64,000 nt of DNA. Source: an uncultured Parabacteroides sp. GTDB lineage: Bacteria; Bacteroidota; Bacteroidia; Bacteroidales; Tannerellaceae. The translations under genes and the position numbers were made by a program. A model generated the notes under the pieces. That model had not been told where the DNA came from. It did not search any database and saw only the letters and a list, made by a program, of their open reading frames with translations. The DNA lies in contig CASFJQ010000010.1 in assembly GCA_949295065.1 (NCBI GenBank), positions 4,233-68,232 on the forward strand. The letters run 5' to 3'. Shown one piece after another: positions 10,559-20,091 of this stretch (its first letter is position 1; each line of letters begins with the position of its first letter).

Positions 10559-13012
10559 ATGAAATACATAGTTGTAGGAGGAGTTGCCGGAGGAGCAACA
10601 GTTGCAGCGCGATTGCGCAGAAATGACGAAAAAGCTGATATTATTATGTTTGAACGCGGCAAATATGTATCATATGCAAATTGCGGTTTGCCATATTATA
10701 TCGGTGACGTAATCAAGGAACGGAATAAATTATTTGTCCAAACAGTTGAAGGTTTCGTGAAACGTTTCAGAATTGATATAAGGACAGAGCAGGAAGTAAT
10801 ATCAGTAGATAAAGACAATCACACAGTGACAGTCCGCCGTCTGAGTAACGGTGAAGTTTACACTGAGAATTATGACAAACTCGTTCTGTCTCCGGGAGCC
10901 GAACCTTTACGTCCGGGTATCGAAGGCATCAATCATCCGAATATCATGACATTGAGAAACGTTCCTGATACGGATGCTATAAAACAATTTGTCGAGAGTA
11001 GGAAAATAAGCAGAGCCGTAGTTGTTGGCGGCGGATTCATCGGTCTTGAGATGGCAGAGAATCTGAGAGAACTTGGAACAGAAGTTCATGTCGTTGAGAT
11101 GGGAAATCAGGTAATGGCTCCGCTGGACTATTCCATGGCTTCCATTGTTCACCATCATTTGTCGGAAAATGGAGTTTTCCTGCATTTGGAAAATGGTGTG
11201 ACCGGATTTACTGATGTCAACGGAAAAGTAGCCGTCCGTCTTAAAAGCGGAGACGAAATAGAAGCCGATTTGGTTATCTTAAGCATAGGAGTAAGACCGG
11301 AAGTCAAATTGGCAAAAGAAGCCGGATTGGAAATTGGCAAAACGGGAGGAATTGCTGTAAATGAATATATGCAGACTTCTTCCAAAGATATCTATGCTCT
11401 TGGTGACGCCACTGAAGTAAATAATGCTGTGACTGGCGCACCAGCACTGATTCCTCTTGCCGGACCGGCAAACAAGCAAGGCAGAATAGTTGCAGACAAT
11501 ATTGTTTATGGAAACAAATATACTTACGACGGTTCCATCGGAACATCAATTGCCAAGATATTCTCATTGACAGTAGCTGCTGCCGGAGCCAACGCCAAGT
11601 TGCTCAAGAGAGAATCAATTCCTTACATATCTTCATACACTCACGGCAGCTCTCATGCCGGATATTATCCCGGAGCAGTCGGTCTTTCCATAAAGATTCT
11701 GTTTTCTCCGGAGAATGGCAGACTTCTTGGCGCTCAGATCGTAGGTTTCGATGGTGTTGACAAGAGAATAGAAATGCTGGCTCAAGTAATTCAGAGAAAA
11801 GGAACAATCTATGATTTGACTGAATTGGAACACGCATACGCTCCTCCATATTCTTCAGCAAAAGACCCTGTAAATATGGCTGGCTTCGTTGCCGATAATA
11901 TTCTTAACGGAAGAGTAAATATTATTTCTTGGCGAGATATAGCCAATCTTCCGGACGAGACAATAAAGATTGATGTAAGAACAAAAGAAGAATATTCGCT
12001 TGGCTCAATACCCGGATTTATAAATATCCCGATTGACGAACTCCGCGAGCATCTGAATGAAATTCCTAAGGACAAGGAAATTGTCGTAACTTGTGCAGTA
12101 GGTTTGCGTGGTTATCTGGCTTATAGAATCCTCACTCAGAACGGCTACAAGAATGTTAAGAATCTGTCCGGTGGCTACAAGACATGGAGTGCTGCAACTT
12201 CGCCCGTCAAGAAACCTCAAATCTCATGTGAATGCCCGACAGAAAGTATGAACGACGACGGAAGCATATCTTCTTCCTTAAATCCTGTAGTTTCAGTTGA
12301 CGCATGTGGATTGATGTGTCCCGGACCAATTATGCAGCTTAAAAAGAATTTCGGATTGCTGCAGGAAGGTGAGACGCTAACAATAAAAGCGACAGACTCA
12401 GCCTTTGGAAAAGACGTTGCATCGTGGTGCAAAATGACTGGTGCGGAATTGCTTTCATTGCAGAATAAAAACGGTGTAATATGTGCCAACATAAAGAAAG
12501 CTGCCAAAAACAATAATCCGCAGTGCTCACCGGTTGCACAGCAGGACAATAAAACAATTATCGTTTTCAGCGATGATTTGGACAAAGCCCTGGCATCATT
12601 TGTTATTGCAAACGGAGCAGCGGCAACAGGCAAGAAAGTAACAATGTTCTTTACATTCTGGGGCTTGAATGTTGTCAAGAAACAGCAGAAACCTGCCGTT
12701 GAAAAGGATATTTTCGGAAAAATGTTCGGTTGGATGCTTCCATCGGACAGCCGCAGCCTGTCATTATCCAAAATGAGCATGTTTGGTATTGGCGACAAGA
12801 TGATGCGTGGTATTATGAAGCGCAAGAAAATTGACAGTCTTGAATCAATGATAAATCAGGCAGTAGAAAACGGCATCGAAATGATTGCCTGCTCAATGAG
12901 TATGGATGTTATGGGTGTCAAGAAGGAAGAATTGATGGACAATGTAAATATTGGCGGAGTTGCCACATATCTGGAAAGGGCAGAGGAAGCCAATTTGAAT
13001 TTGTTCATATAA
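10559..13012 (+). CDS. CoA-disulfide/persulfide reductase fused to rhodanese, TusA(SirA)-like and DsrE2-like domains
   Basis: GGVAGG FAD site, SYANCGLPY, GGGFIGLE, YAPPYS; rhodanese DVRT..E/TCAVGLRG; TusA DACGLMCPGP; DsrE2 FFTFWGL/IACSMSMDVMG. Confidence 0.9.
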   Translation: MKYIVVGGVAGGATVAARLRRNDEKADIIMFERGKYVSYANCGLPYYIGDVIKERNKLFVQTVEGFVKRFRIDIRTEQEVISVDKDNHTVTVRRLSNGEVYTENYDKLVLSPGAEPLRPGIEGINHPNIMTLRNVPDTDAIKQFVESRKISRAVVVGGGFIGLEMAENLRELGTEVHVVEMGNQVMAPLDYSMASIVHHHLSENGVFLHLENGVTGFTDVNGKVAVRLKSGDEIEADLVILSIGVRPEVKLAKEAGLEIGKTGGIAVNEYMQTSSKDIYALGDATEVNNAVTGAPALIPLAGPANKQGRIVADNIVYGNKYTYDGSIGTSIAKIFSLTVAAAGANAKLLKRESIPYISSYTHGSSHAGYYPGAVGLSIKILFSPENGRLLGAQIVGFDGVDKRIEMLAQVIQRKGTIYDLTELEHAYAPPYSSAKDPVNMAGFVADNILNGRVNIISWRDIANLPDETIKIDVRTKEEYSLGSIPGFINIPIDELREHLNEIPKDKEIVVTCAVGLRGYLAYRILTQNGYKNVKNLSGGYKTWSAATSPVKKPQISCECPTESMNDDGSISSSLNPVVSVDACGLMCPGPIMQLKKNFGLLQEGETLTIKATDSAFGKDVASWCKMTGAELLSLQNKNGVICANIKKAAKNNNPQCSPVAQQDNKTIIVFSDDLDKALASFVIANGAAATGKKVTMFFTFWGLNVVKKQQKPAVEKDIFGKMFGWMLPSDSRSLSLSKMSMFGIGDKMMRGIMKRKKIDSLESMINQAVENGIEMIACSMSMDVMGVKKEELMDNVNIGGVATYLERAEEANLNLFI

Positions 13013-13036
13013 GAGGGAATGGCGGAATCCAGACAG

Positions 13037-13140
13037 ATATAAATAAAACACGAGGCACAAAATCACAGAGATAATATTTGAGAAAATACAAAATAAAAAT
13101 CTCTGTGGTCCTCTGTGTTTAAATTCATTTTGCAATATCC
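13037..13140. repeat. Partial copy of a MITE/REP-like element (CACAGAG...CTCTGTG core)
   Basis: Aligns by eye with the reverse complement of 51825-51953 (shared CTCTGTGTTTAAATT and TTTTGCAAyATCC end). Confidence 0.65.
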
Positions 13141-13210
13141 GCCAAAATGATTTCGTACTAGCAATCAATTGTTTTCTTTGCTAGCTAACTGAAAGTTGAA
13201 CTCATTCACA

Positions 13211-14791
13211 TCAGAACCCAAAGTCCGTAACCTCAATCTCCTTGATTTCCTCTACTTTCGGTTTCTCAACTATCTTATGCTCGGCATTAGCCTTGATAAT
13301 AATAGCTCGCATAGGTCTTACCGGACAAATAGATTCGCAACCGCCGCAGCCGATACACAAATCCGGATTCACTTCCGGAATGGTAAGCGTACCTTTGTAA
13401 GGCACCATCTTAACAGCTTGAGTAGGGCAATGTTCCGAACAAGCTCCGCAATCCGTATTCTCAGTATTTACAATACATCTGTTTATAAAGAAATGAGCAA
13501 TACCGACCTGAGTCGTTGCCTTCTCTTCTTTTGTAATAGGCTTTATTGCGTGAGATGGGCAAACATCAGAGCAGACCGTACATTCATAATTGCAATAACT
13601 GTCAAGATATGAAACATGCGGTTTCAGCAGATAGTCAAATCCATATTCCAATCCCGCAGGTCTGAGCACCTGGCTCGGGCACTGAGTAACGCACAGATGG
13701 CAACCCGTACACAAATCCTTGAAGCGCTCGATATTAAGAGAGCCCGGAGGAGTTATCGGTCCCCATTTCTTTCTTCTCTTCTGGTGATGTCCGCCTTTTC
13801 CTCCAACTTTTTCAGCAAGAGCCGATGCAACCGGAAGGGTAGAAGCAACAGTTACAGTCGAAGCGATGAAAGAACGTCTGCTTCGGCTTGCAGAATTGTT
13901 TGTCTGTGTTTCGCCCGGAGCATCCTTAGTTTCTTTGGCAAAAGCCGGTTTCAGCTTGTATTTCAAACTTCCTTTCGCGCATGAAGAAACGCAGTTGAAA
14001 CAATCAACACACCTTGATGTGTCAATAGTCATATCTTTACTGTTTATAGCTTCAGCTTTGCAAACTCGCTCGCAATTCCCGCAATGAACGCACGATTCTT
14101 TATCAATCGTTATACGGAAAAGCGAATAGCGTGACAAAATACTCAACAAAGCACCGACCGGACAAATGGAATTACAGAACAGTCGTCCGTGGAAAACCAC
14201 TATAACGACAAACAAAGCAAGAGCAACAACTCCACTTATCAGACCGGCCGTCGTAACCGTAGTTACACTTGCCTGATACAGACTGTAGTTATCCATTGAC
14301 ATCAATATACTTGCAATGCCATTGTTTCCCCATATAATAATCGGTCTGAAAATATTAGTTACAATTCTGCCGAAATTACTGTATGGATCCAGCAGAAGAT
14401 AGATATTCAGAACTCCTGCCAAAACGCTTATCGCAGTCAGAGCAAGAAGTGAATATCTCAGAATATTATATGGTTTCTTGTAAGAAAAACGGTGAGTTCC
14501 ATTCTTCTTTTTCTTGCCGATACAATATATGCGGTTGATAATGTCCTGCAAAACACCCGCAGGGCAAATAGCGGAACAATATATACGTCCGAATACGAAT
14601 GTAAGCAGCAATTCCGCAATCACCACACCGGCAAAGCCACCCAGCAAGGCCGGCATCAGCTGCAAGTGCAGAAATCTATGTGTCTTATCTGGAAGTGCAT
14701 CCGCAAAATCAACGAAAAACAATATTATAGGCAAGAAGAAAACCAGAGCGAGAACAATTCTCGCTCCTTTAAGTATATTAAGTTTCTTCAT
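13211..14791 (-). CDS. Membrane polyferredoxin (4Fe-4S dicluster, NapH/YccM-like)
   Basis: N-terminal TM helices with GRIYCSAICPAG and GRLFCNSICPVG, several CxxCxxCxxxC(P) motifs, internal SRRSFI motif. Confidence 0.85.
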   Translation of the reverse strand: MKKLNILKGARIVLALVFFLPIILFFVDFADALPDKTHRFLHLQLMPALLGGFAGVVIAELLLTFVFGRIYCSAICPAGVLQDIINRIYCIGKKKKNGTHRFSYKKPYNILRYSLLALTAISVLAGVLNIYLLLDPYSNFGRIVTNIFRPIIIWGNNGIASILMSMDNYSLYQASVTTVTTAGLISGVVALALFVVIVVFHGRLFCNSICPVGALLSILSRYSLFRITIDKESCVHCGNCERVCKAEAINSKDMTIDTSRCVDCFNCVSSCAKGSLKYKLKPAFAKETKDAPGETQTNNSASRSRRSFIASTVTVASTLPVASALAEKVGGKGGHHQKRRKKWGPITPPGSLNIERFKDLCTGCHLCVTQCPSQVLRPAGLEYGFDYLLKPHVSYLDSYCNYECTVCSDVCPSHAIKPITKEEKATTQVGIAHFFINRCIVNTENTDCGACSEHCPTQAVKMVPYKGTLTIPEVNPDLCIGCGGCESICPVRPMRAIIIKANAEHKIVEKPKVEEIKEIEVTDFGF

Positions 14792-14800
14792 TGTCAGAAA

Positions 14801-15733
14801 TTATAACTTGATTCGTTTAATGTTCAGTGACTTCAAGTCTGTTGTTCCTAATTTCAGAGATTCTCCGTTTTTGATATGACCAACAGCTGCCATATCAAGT
14901 TTCTTCACCTGGTTGAACAATGACAAAGCAGCAGTGTCAACAGCAACAATATTAGGAGAAGCAATCAAAGATTTCAAAGTAGCAACGTCGGCAAGGCTCT
15001 TTCCCTGCGGGCCGTTCTGATGCATAATTCTGTAAGCATCAACAATGTTCAGCACCGGCTTTTTCTGCCATGTGCAGATATCGGCAATACACTGCTGCAA
15101 ATCATTCTGATGGAAGAAACGGCGGTCCCAAACGATTCCCATGTAGTTCTTCATCGCGCAAGTAAGTTTCGCTCCGCCATGATTCTTCAGCACAGGAACA
15201 TTGATCCATACATCAGCCTCGATAAGAGCTTCGTGGATTTTTGCGCTTTTCAGTTTAACTCCGCCAGGAATAGAAACTTCCTTGTAATATTTTTCGTCAT
15301 TACCGGGCATAATGATACCACCGGCTTCTTTCACGGCCTTTTCTATACCGCTGGTTTCGTAACACTTTTGCCAGTTATCGCAAGTATGGTCAAACACAGT
15401 AACTTTTTCCGCGCCGGCATCAAGACATTTCTTAACCAAAGCCTTCACAAGTTTAGGATTTGTATTTCCTGCCATCTCCGGAGTTCTGTCCCAACCGATA
15501 TTTGGTTTGATAACTACTTTCTGTCCTTTTTTAACGAACTTTCCAATTCCGCCCAATTCCTGCAATGCCTTATCAAGCATAACTTCCGGTTCTCCACCCA
15601 TAACGGCAACCATATCAGGCGCTTTTTCTACTGCAATACTGTTCGATGTCAAAGCAGCCTGCAAACCTTCAAAGTTTAAGGAAAGGGCAGCGCCTGCAAT
15701 AACACTTGATTTAAGGAAATCTCGACGTTTCAT
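14801..15733 (-). CDS. DUF362 domain protein with Tat signal
   Basis: MKRRDFLK signal; IKPNIGW, INVPVLKNH, KNYMG motifs. Confidence 0.85.
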   Translation of the reverse strand: MKRRDFLKSSVIAGAALSLNFEGLQAALTSNSIAVEKAPDMVAVMGGEPEVMLDKALQELGGIGKFVKKGQKVVIKPNIGWDRTPEMAGNTNPKLVKALVKKCLDAGAEKVTVFDHTCDNWQKCYETSGIEKAVKEAGGIIMPGNDEKYYKEVSIPGGVKLKSAKIHEALIEADVWINVPVLKNHGGAKLTCAMKNYMGIVWDRRFFHQNDLQQCIADICTWQKKPVLNIVDAYRIMHQNGPQGKSLADVATLKSLIASPNIVAVDTAALSLFNQVKKLDMAAVGHIKNGESLKLGTTDLKSLNIKRIKL

Positions 15734-15770
15734 AATTCTGATAAGTTTAAATATTGGTTACACAATTTTA

Positions 15771-15940
15771 GTTGACGAGGGGACGAGGGGACAAGGAGGG
15801 GGAGAAAAGGAGTTAAGGAGTCAAGAAGTCAAGTAGTTAAGAAGTTGTTACTTGTTTTCTATAACATTGTCATCTTGTCAACTCGTCACCTGTTCTCTCC
15901 CTTGTCAACTCGTTAACTTGTCAACTCGTTCCCTCGTTTC
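15771..15940. repeat. REP-like array A of 8-bp units (GTTGACRA / AGTCAAGW ... TYGTCAAC)
   Basis: Purine-rich units followed by their reverse complements; shares AAGGAGTCAAGAAGTCAAGTAG with array B. Confidence 0.75.
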
Positions 15941-15941
15941 A

Positions 15942-17021
15942 TCAATCAACACAAATCTCTTCAACAGGTTGTTTTTTATCCTTATCCATAGGAACAAATT
16001 TATATCCCACAGAATTAAAATCTATTTTATTCAAATCAATACATCTTATAGTGCTGTTATACATCGTACGGAAATAAATCTTCCTGTTTTTAGTATCCGT
16101 AACCGATGTCCATTGCGTTGCACTTGGAATATCTGTCGGAGTTTGAGAGCTCAAAAACTCTATTCCGATAGGAATGTCAAAGTTGTTCAATATCTGGAAT
16201 GACTGCTCAACCGTTTCATAAGCCGTTTGCTTTTGTGGAGCCGAAGCCTTATAGAAAGCAGCTCTTACGAAACGTGAAGGAGGAGTTACGTCTCCCGGCA
16301 TTCCCAAAAAGCCGCTTCCGGCTCCGAACTGGGAAATCTTTTCTTCACCGATATTCTGGCTTTGCGCAGAACCCGGATAAAGATTCACATAATTGTTCAG
16401 ATTGGCTACATGCCATTCAAAACCCGGAGAATTTGTTATAACACCAACTTTGTTGTCATAGAAATTCAATTTCCCGTCAACAATTTCCAGCACAACCTGT
16501 TTTCCGGTCGGCTCGGCGATTCTCCAGTGAACGGTAGAAGCTCTCGGGTCTATTGCCACAACATGAATGTCTTTTATCTTTTCCTTAACCTCTTCGATTG
16601 TTGAGCAATTTGCCAAAATCCACGAAACCAGCTGAAGGTCGGAAATGCTGCTTGAGCGTTTCGCTTCATCAAAAGCTTCATATTCTCCGTAGTTAGGGAA
16701 ATAGAAAAGACCGGCAGACAACCCGACTTCATTGATTCCTTCAGCTACAAATTCTTTCTGTTCTACCGACAGACCTACATATCCATACTTGGATTTGAAC
16801 GTCATACCCTGACCTTTAATGGTAAACGCCTGATGTTCATAACCTCTCGGAACAATTACATACTGGCTGTTCAGCTCGCTGCCGCCCCATTCAATAGTTC
16901 GTGCATAAATGTAACTTCCATCTTTTGCAGACAGAGAAATGCCTGTGCAGGCTTCAGATTCATTTACGAACATGAAAGGAGAGCAGGCTGCCACCATCAG
17001 TGACAATATCTTTCGTTTCAT
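15942..17021 (-). CDS. Choloylglycine hydrolase family Ntn hydrolase (bile salt hydrolase / penicillin V acylase), exported
   Basis: Signal peptide ending SEA, then nucleophile CTG; ARTIEW, EGINEVGL, TNSP, PGDVTPPSRFVRA motifs. Confidence 0.9.
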   Translation of the reverse strand: MKRKILSLMVAACSPFMFVNESEACTGISLSAKDGSYIYARTIEWGGSELNSQYVIVPRGYEHQAFTIKGQGMTFKSKYGYVGLSVEQKEFVAEGINEVGLSAGLFYFPNYGEYEAFDEAKRSSSISDLQLVSWILANCSTIEEVKEKIKDIHVVAIDPRASTVHWRIAEPTGKQVVLEIVDGKLNFYDNKVGVITNSPGFEWHVANLNNYVNLYPGSAQSQNIGEEKISQFGAGSGFLGMPGDVTPPSRFVRAAFYKASAPQKQTAYETVEQSFQILNNFDIPIGIEFLSSQTPTDIPSATQWTSVTDTKNRKIYFRTMYNSTIRCIDLNKIDFNSVGYKFVPMDKDKKQPVEEICVD

Positions 17022-17052
17022 AATTGTTTTTGTTAAAGTTGTTATAATTGAA

Positions 17053-17228
17053 GTTGACGAGGATTCAGAGACGAGTTGACAAGGGGAATAGGATTTAAGG
17101 AGTCAAGAAGTCAAGTAGTCAAGAAGTCAAGTAGTTAAGAAGTCAAGTAGTTAATACTTGTTCCTCTGTAGCCTTGTCTCCTGTAGCCTCGTCCCCTTGT
17201 TAACTCGTCAACTCATTCCCTCGTCCCC
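17053..17228. repeat. REP-like array B of 8-bp units with tandem AGTCAAGAAGTCAAGT
   Basis: About 3.5 tandem copies of a 16-mer at 17101-17154, flanked by GTTGACRA and TYGTCAAC units. Confidence 0.75.
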
Positions 17229-17233
17229 TATAC

Positions 17234-18559
17234 TTACAATCCGCTAAAATCCACTCCCTCAAACGCCAAAGAAGGAATTCTCCAGCTTGATGAAGTTCTT
17301 GGGTCGTTACCGATAGCAGCAAGATTGCTCCACAGCGTAATCATATTTCCAGTTACATTCATTTCGGAAACAGGTTTAGTAAGCTTTCCGTTTTCGATAA
17401 GGAAACCTTCAATACCGTATGAGAAATCGCCTGTTGAACTGTTGCAGTTTCCGCCATTGAAACCAGTAACGAATATACCTTTGTTCACATCCGAAATCAA
17501 ACCTTCAACATCTTTATCTCCCAAATTCATAGTCATGATAGAAGGAGAGGAGATAGTTGGCGCAACATTCATCTTGTTGGCGCGATAAGTATCGATGAAG
17601 TATGTCTTTAGCACACCATTCTCAAAAATAGGCTGGTGTTTGGTTGCAACACCTTCGTTGTCGAAATATCTTGCGCCGGCACTCTTCTTCAAATGCGGTT
17701 CGTCAATAATCGTCACTTTGTCGCCAAACACTTTCTGGTTCAGTTTGTCAAGAAGGAAAGAATTCTTCTGCTGGATACTTCCGCCATCAATAGCTTCAAT
17801 TACCGGAGAAAGCAATCTTGCAGAATTCATGTTGTCAACAACCATAGTATATTTGCCGGAACCAGCCTTTTTCTGTCCCAACTTGCGCAAAACCCTTTCA
17901 AGGGCCTTCTGTCCGATACCTTCTTTCTTCAGAGTGTCATAGAACAAAGAGAAGTCATACCAGTATGATTCCGGACGCGCTTCACCTTCGCCCTTGATGC
18001 TTACGCTGGCAAAAGTGCTGAACGAAGAAGAAGAAGCTTCGCCTTCAAAGCCATTGCTTGAAACCATGTATTTGAATTCCTTACCATCGCTGAACGAAGA
18101 AGACGCAGAAATAATTCTGTCATCTTTACCCATAATTTCGTCGCACGCCTTCATTGCCAAATCCACCTTTTCGTCCGGCTGGATATTGTCGAAATTAGAG
18201 TCGAAAAGCTGCAAATCCTCGCCGCCACCTTTGTAATAGCGTTCAGCGTCCGGCAAAGTTCTCGCCTTGTCTTCAGCAAGGAAGCGTGTAGCAGTTATGC
18301 CGTCTTTGATAAATTTCTCAAGTTCCTTTTTGTCAAGTCTGTTTGTAGAATAAGAACCGAATCTTCCGTCAACAAAAATCTGAATTACAAAACTGTTTTC
18401 AGAAGCCTGGTGAAGACGGTCAATCTTCATATCGCGAATCTCAAACGTACTGCTTGAACCATTATATATTGTTACTCGTGAAGCCTGGCAACCATTTTTC
18501 AGAGCAAACTCCATAGCCCATTGAACCAGCTTTTTATTTTCATTTGTAATCATAATCAA
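17234..18559 (-). CDS. TldD/PmbA family protein (PmbA/TldE-like, non-catalytic partner)
   Basis: FDNEGV, GGNCNSSTGDFS, IENGKLTKPV; no HExxGH motif and no signal peptide. Confidence 0.88.
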   Translation of the reverse strand: MIMITNENKKLVQWAMEFALKNGCQASRVTIYNGSSSTFEIRDMKIDRLHQASENSFVIQIFVDGRFGSYSTNRLDKKELEKFIKDGITATRFLAEDKARTLPDAERYYKGGGEDLQLFDSNFDNIQPDEKVDLAMKACDEIMGKDDRIISASSSFSDGKEFKYMVSSNGFEGEASSSSFSTFASVSIKGEGEARPESYWYDFSLFYDTLKKEGIGQKALERVLRKLGQKKAGSGKYTMVVDNMNSARLLSPVIEAIDGGSIQQKNSFLLDKLNQKVFGDKVTIIDEPHLKKSAGARYFDNEGVATKHQPIFENGVLKTYFIDTYRANKMNVAPTISSPSIMTMNLGDKDVEGLISDVNKGIFVTGFNGGNCNSSTGDFSYGIEGFLIENGKLTKPVSEMNVTGNMITLWSNLAAIGNDPRTSSSWRIPSLAFEGVDFSGL

Positions 18560-20091
18560 TTTTCTCCTCCTACAGTTAATTTACTTACTAAAGCAGATGG
18601 CATACCACAAGTTACAGGACAAGACTGGCCATCCTTTCCGCAAGTCCATGTTCCGTTGTCCATTTTATAGTTGTTTCCAACCATAGTAATGTCGGCAAGA
18701 GCCTCCGGACCGTTACCAATGATATTGATATCCTTGATAGGCTGAGTCAGCTTTCCGTTCTCAATCAGATAACCGTCTTTTACGAAGAATGTGAAGTCGC
18801 CGGCACCAATCTGAACCTGTCCGTTTGTGAAGTTTGCGGCATAGATACCTTTCTTCACTGTCGAAATCATTTCCTCTTCAGTAACGTTGCCCGCTTCCAT
18901 ATAAGTAGCACGCATACGAGGAATAGGCATCTGCCTGAAGTTTTCACGGCGTCCGTTACCTGTTGAGCGGATTCCATAATGCTTCGCACTGATTCTGTCG
19001 TGAAGATAACTTGTCAGAATACCTTCTTTCACGATATAAGTCTTTTGTCCTTCGATACCTTCGTCATCGATGTTCACAGAACCGCGGTTGAAAGGAATAG
19101 TACCATCGTCCACCACATTGATATGCTCGTCACAAACTTTCTTGTTAAGCAAGTCTGAGAAAATAGATACATTTTTACGGTTGAAATCAGCCTCAAAAGC
19201 ATGTCCGATAGCCTCGTGAAGCAAGATACCGGAACCGCCGGCACCCATAACCACCGGCATTTCACCACCTTTAGGCTTGATAGCCTGGAACAGGATAGAT
19301 GTTTTCTTCACAGCCTCATTAGCCAATTCCTCAATCAGTTCGTCATTAAGGAATTCAGCGCCCATACGGAACGCCCTTGCAGCATATGAATTTTCAACCT
19401 GTCCGTTTTCTTCCATAATACATACGGCAGAAAGAGAACACATCGGGCGATAATCATAATACATCTGTCCTTCGCTGTTGCAGAACAAAATATGAGAAGT
19501 TGAATCACCAAGGAAAGCTCTAACCTTATGAACCCTCTTGTCAAGTTCAAAAATACGGTCGTTCAGCTTCTGTAAGTAAGGCATCTTGTCCTGGACAGAC
19601 AGCAAATCCCAATCCTTTGAAATATTATAGTAATTGTGTTCCGGCTTTATTTCTGTTATATTAGCCGGCTGGAATTTGTTTGAAGAATTTGCAATTCTGG
19701 CAGCAGTACGTGCCGCCTTGATCATCTCATCCAGAGTGATGTTCTCAACGTAGGCATAACCAGTCTGGTCGCCTGCAAGAACACGCACACCCATACCGAA
19801 ATCGATGTTTGATGCAGCAGAGTTAACCTCTCCGTCCTGCAATCCTATGTTGTTGTAATGCGTATGTTCAAAGAAAAGATCAGCATAATCTCCACCCTTT
19901 TCCAAAGCCGCAGCCAAAACTTTATTAAGATCTTCTTCACTCACCTTGAAGTGATTCAAGGCAAAAGCCACTCCTTGTGCTTTGTCAACAGCGTTACCAC
20001 TTGTGCAACTGCTCAGGAATGAAGGAGCAGCAAGAGATGTAAGTACGGCCATACTTCCTGTCTTTAAAAATTCTCGACGATTAAATTTCAT
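18556..20091 (-). CDS. tldD: TldD-like metalloprotease with Tat signal and lipobox
   Basis: HEAIGH zinc motif, DDEG, TGNGRR, PIPRM, CGKDGQ; N-terminus MKFNRREFLK...FLSSC (start at ATG 20091). Confidence 0.88.
   Translation of the reverse strand: MKFNRREFLKTGSMAVLTSLAAPSFLSSCTSGNAVDKAQGVAFALNHFKVSEEDLNKVLAAALEKGGDYADLFFEHTHYNNIGLQDGEVNSAASNIDFGMGVRVLAGDQTGYAYVENITLDEMIKAARTAARIANSSNKFQPANITEIKPEHNYYNISKDWDLLSVQDKMPYLQKLNDRIFELDKRVHKVRAFLGDSTSHILFCNSEGQMYYDYRPMCSLSAVCIMEENGQVENSYAARAFRMGAEFLNDELIEELANEAVKKTSILFQAIKPKGGEMPVVMGAGGSGILLHEAIGHAFEADFNRKNVSIFSDLLNKKVCDEHINVVDDGTIPFNRGSVNIDDEGIEGQKTYIVKEGILTSYLHDRISAKHYGIRSTGNGRRENFRQMPIPRMRATYMEAGNVTEEEMISTVKKGIYAANFTNGQVQIGAGDFTFFVKDGYLIENGKLTQPIKDINIIGNGPEALADITMVGNNYKMDNGTWTCGKDGQSCPVTCGMPSALVSKLTVGGEN

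Noticed and set aside
12217-12825. 202-aa minus-strand ORF and similar antisense ORFs across the window
   Set aside because: Fully nested antisense to well-supported genes, with no motifs of their own
15771-17228. Repeat arrays as a CRISPR array
   Set aside because: Units are degenerate 8/16-mers without constant-length unique spacers, and there are no cas genes in the window
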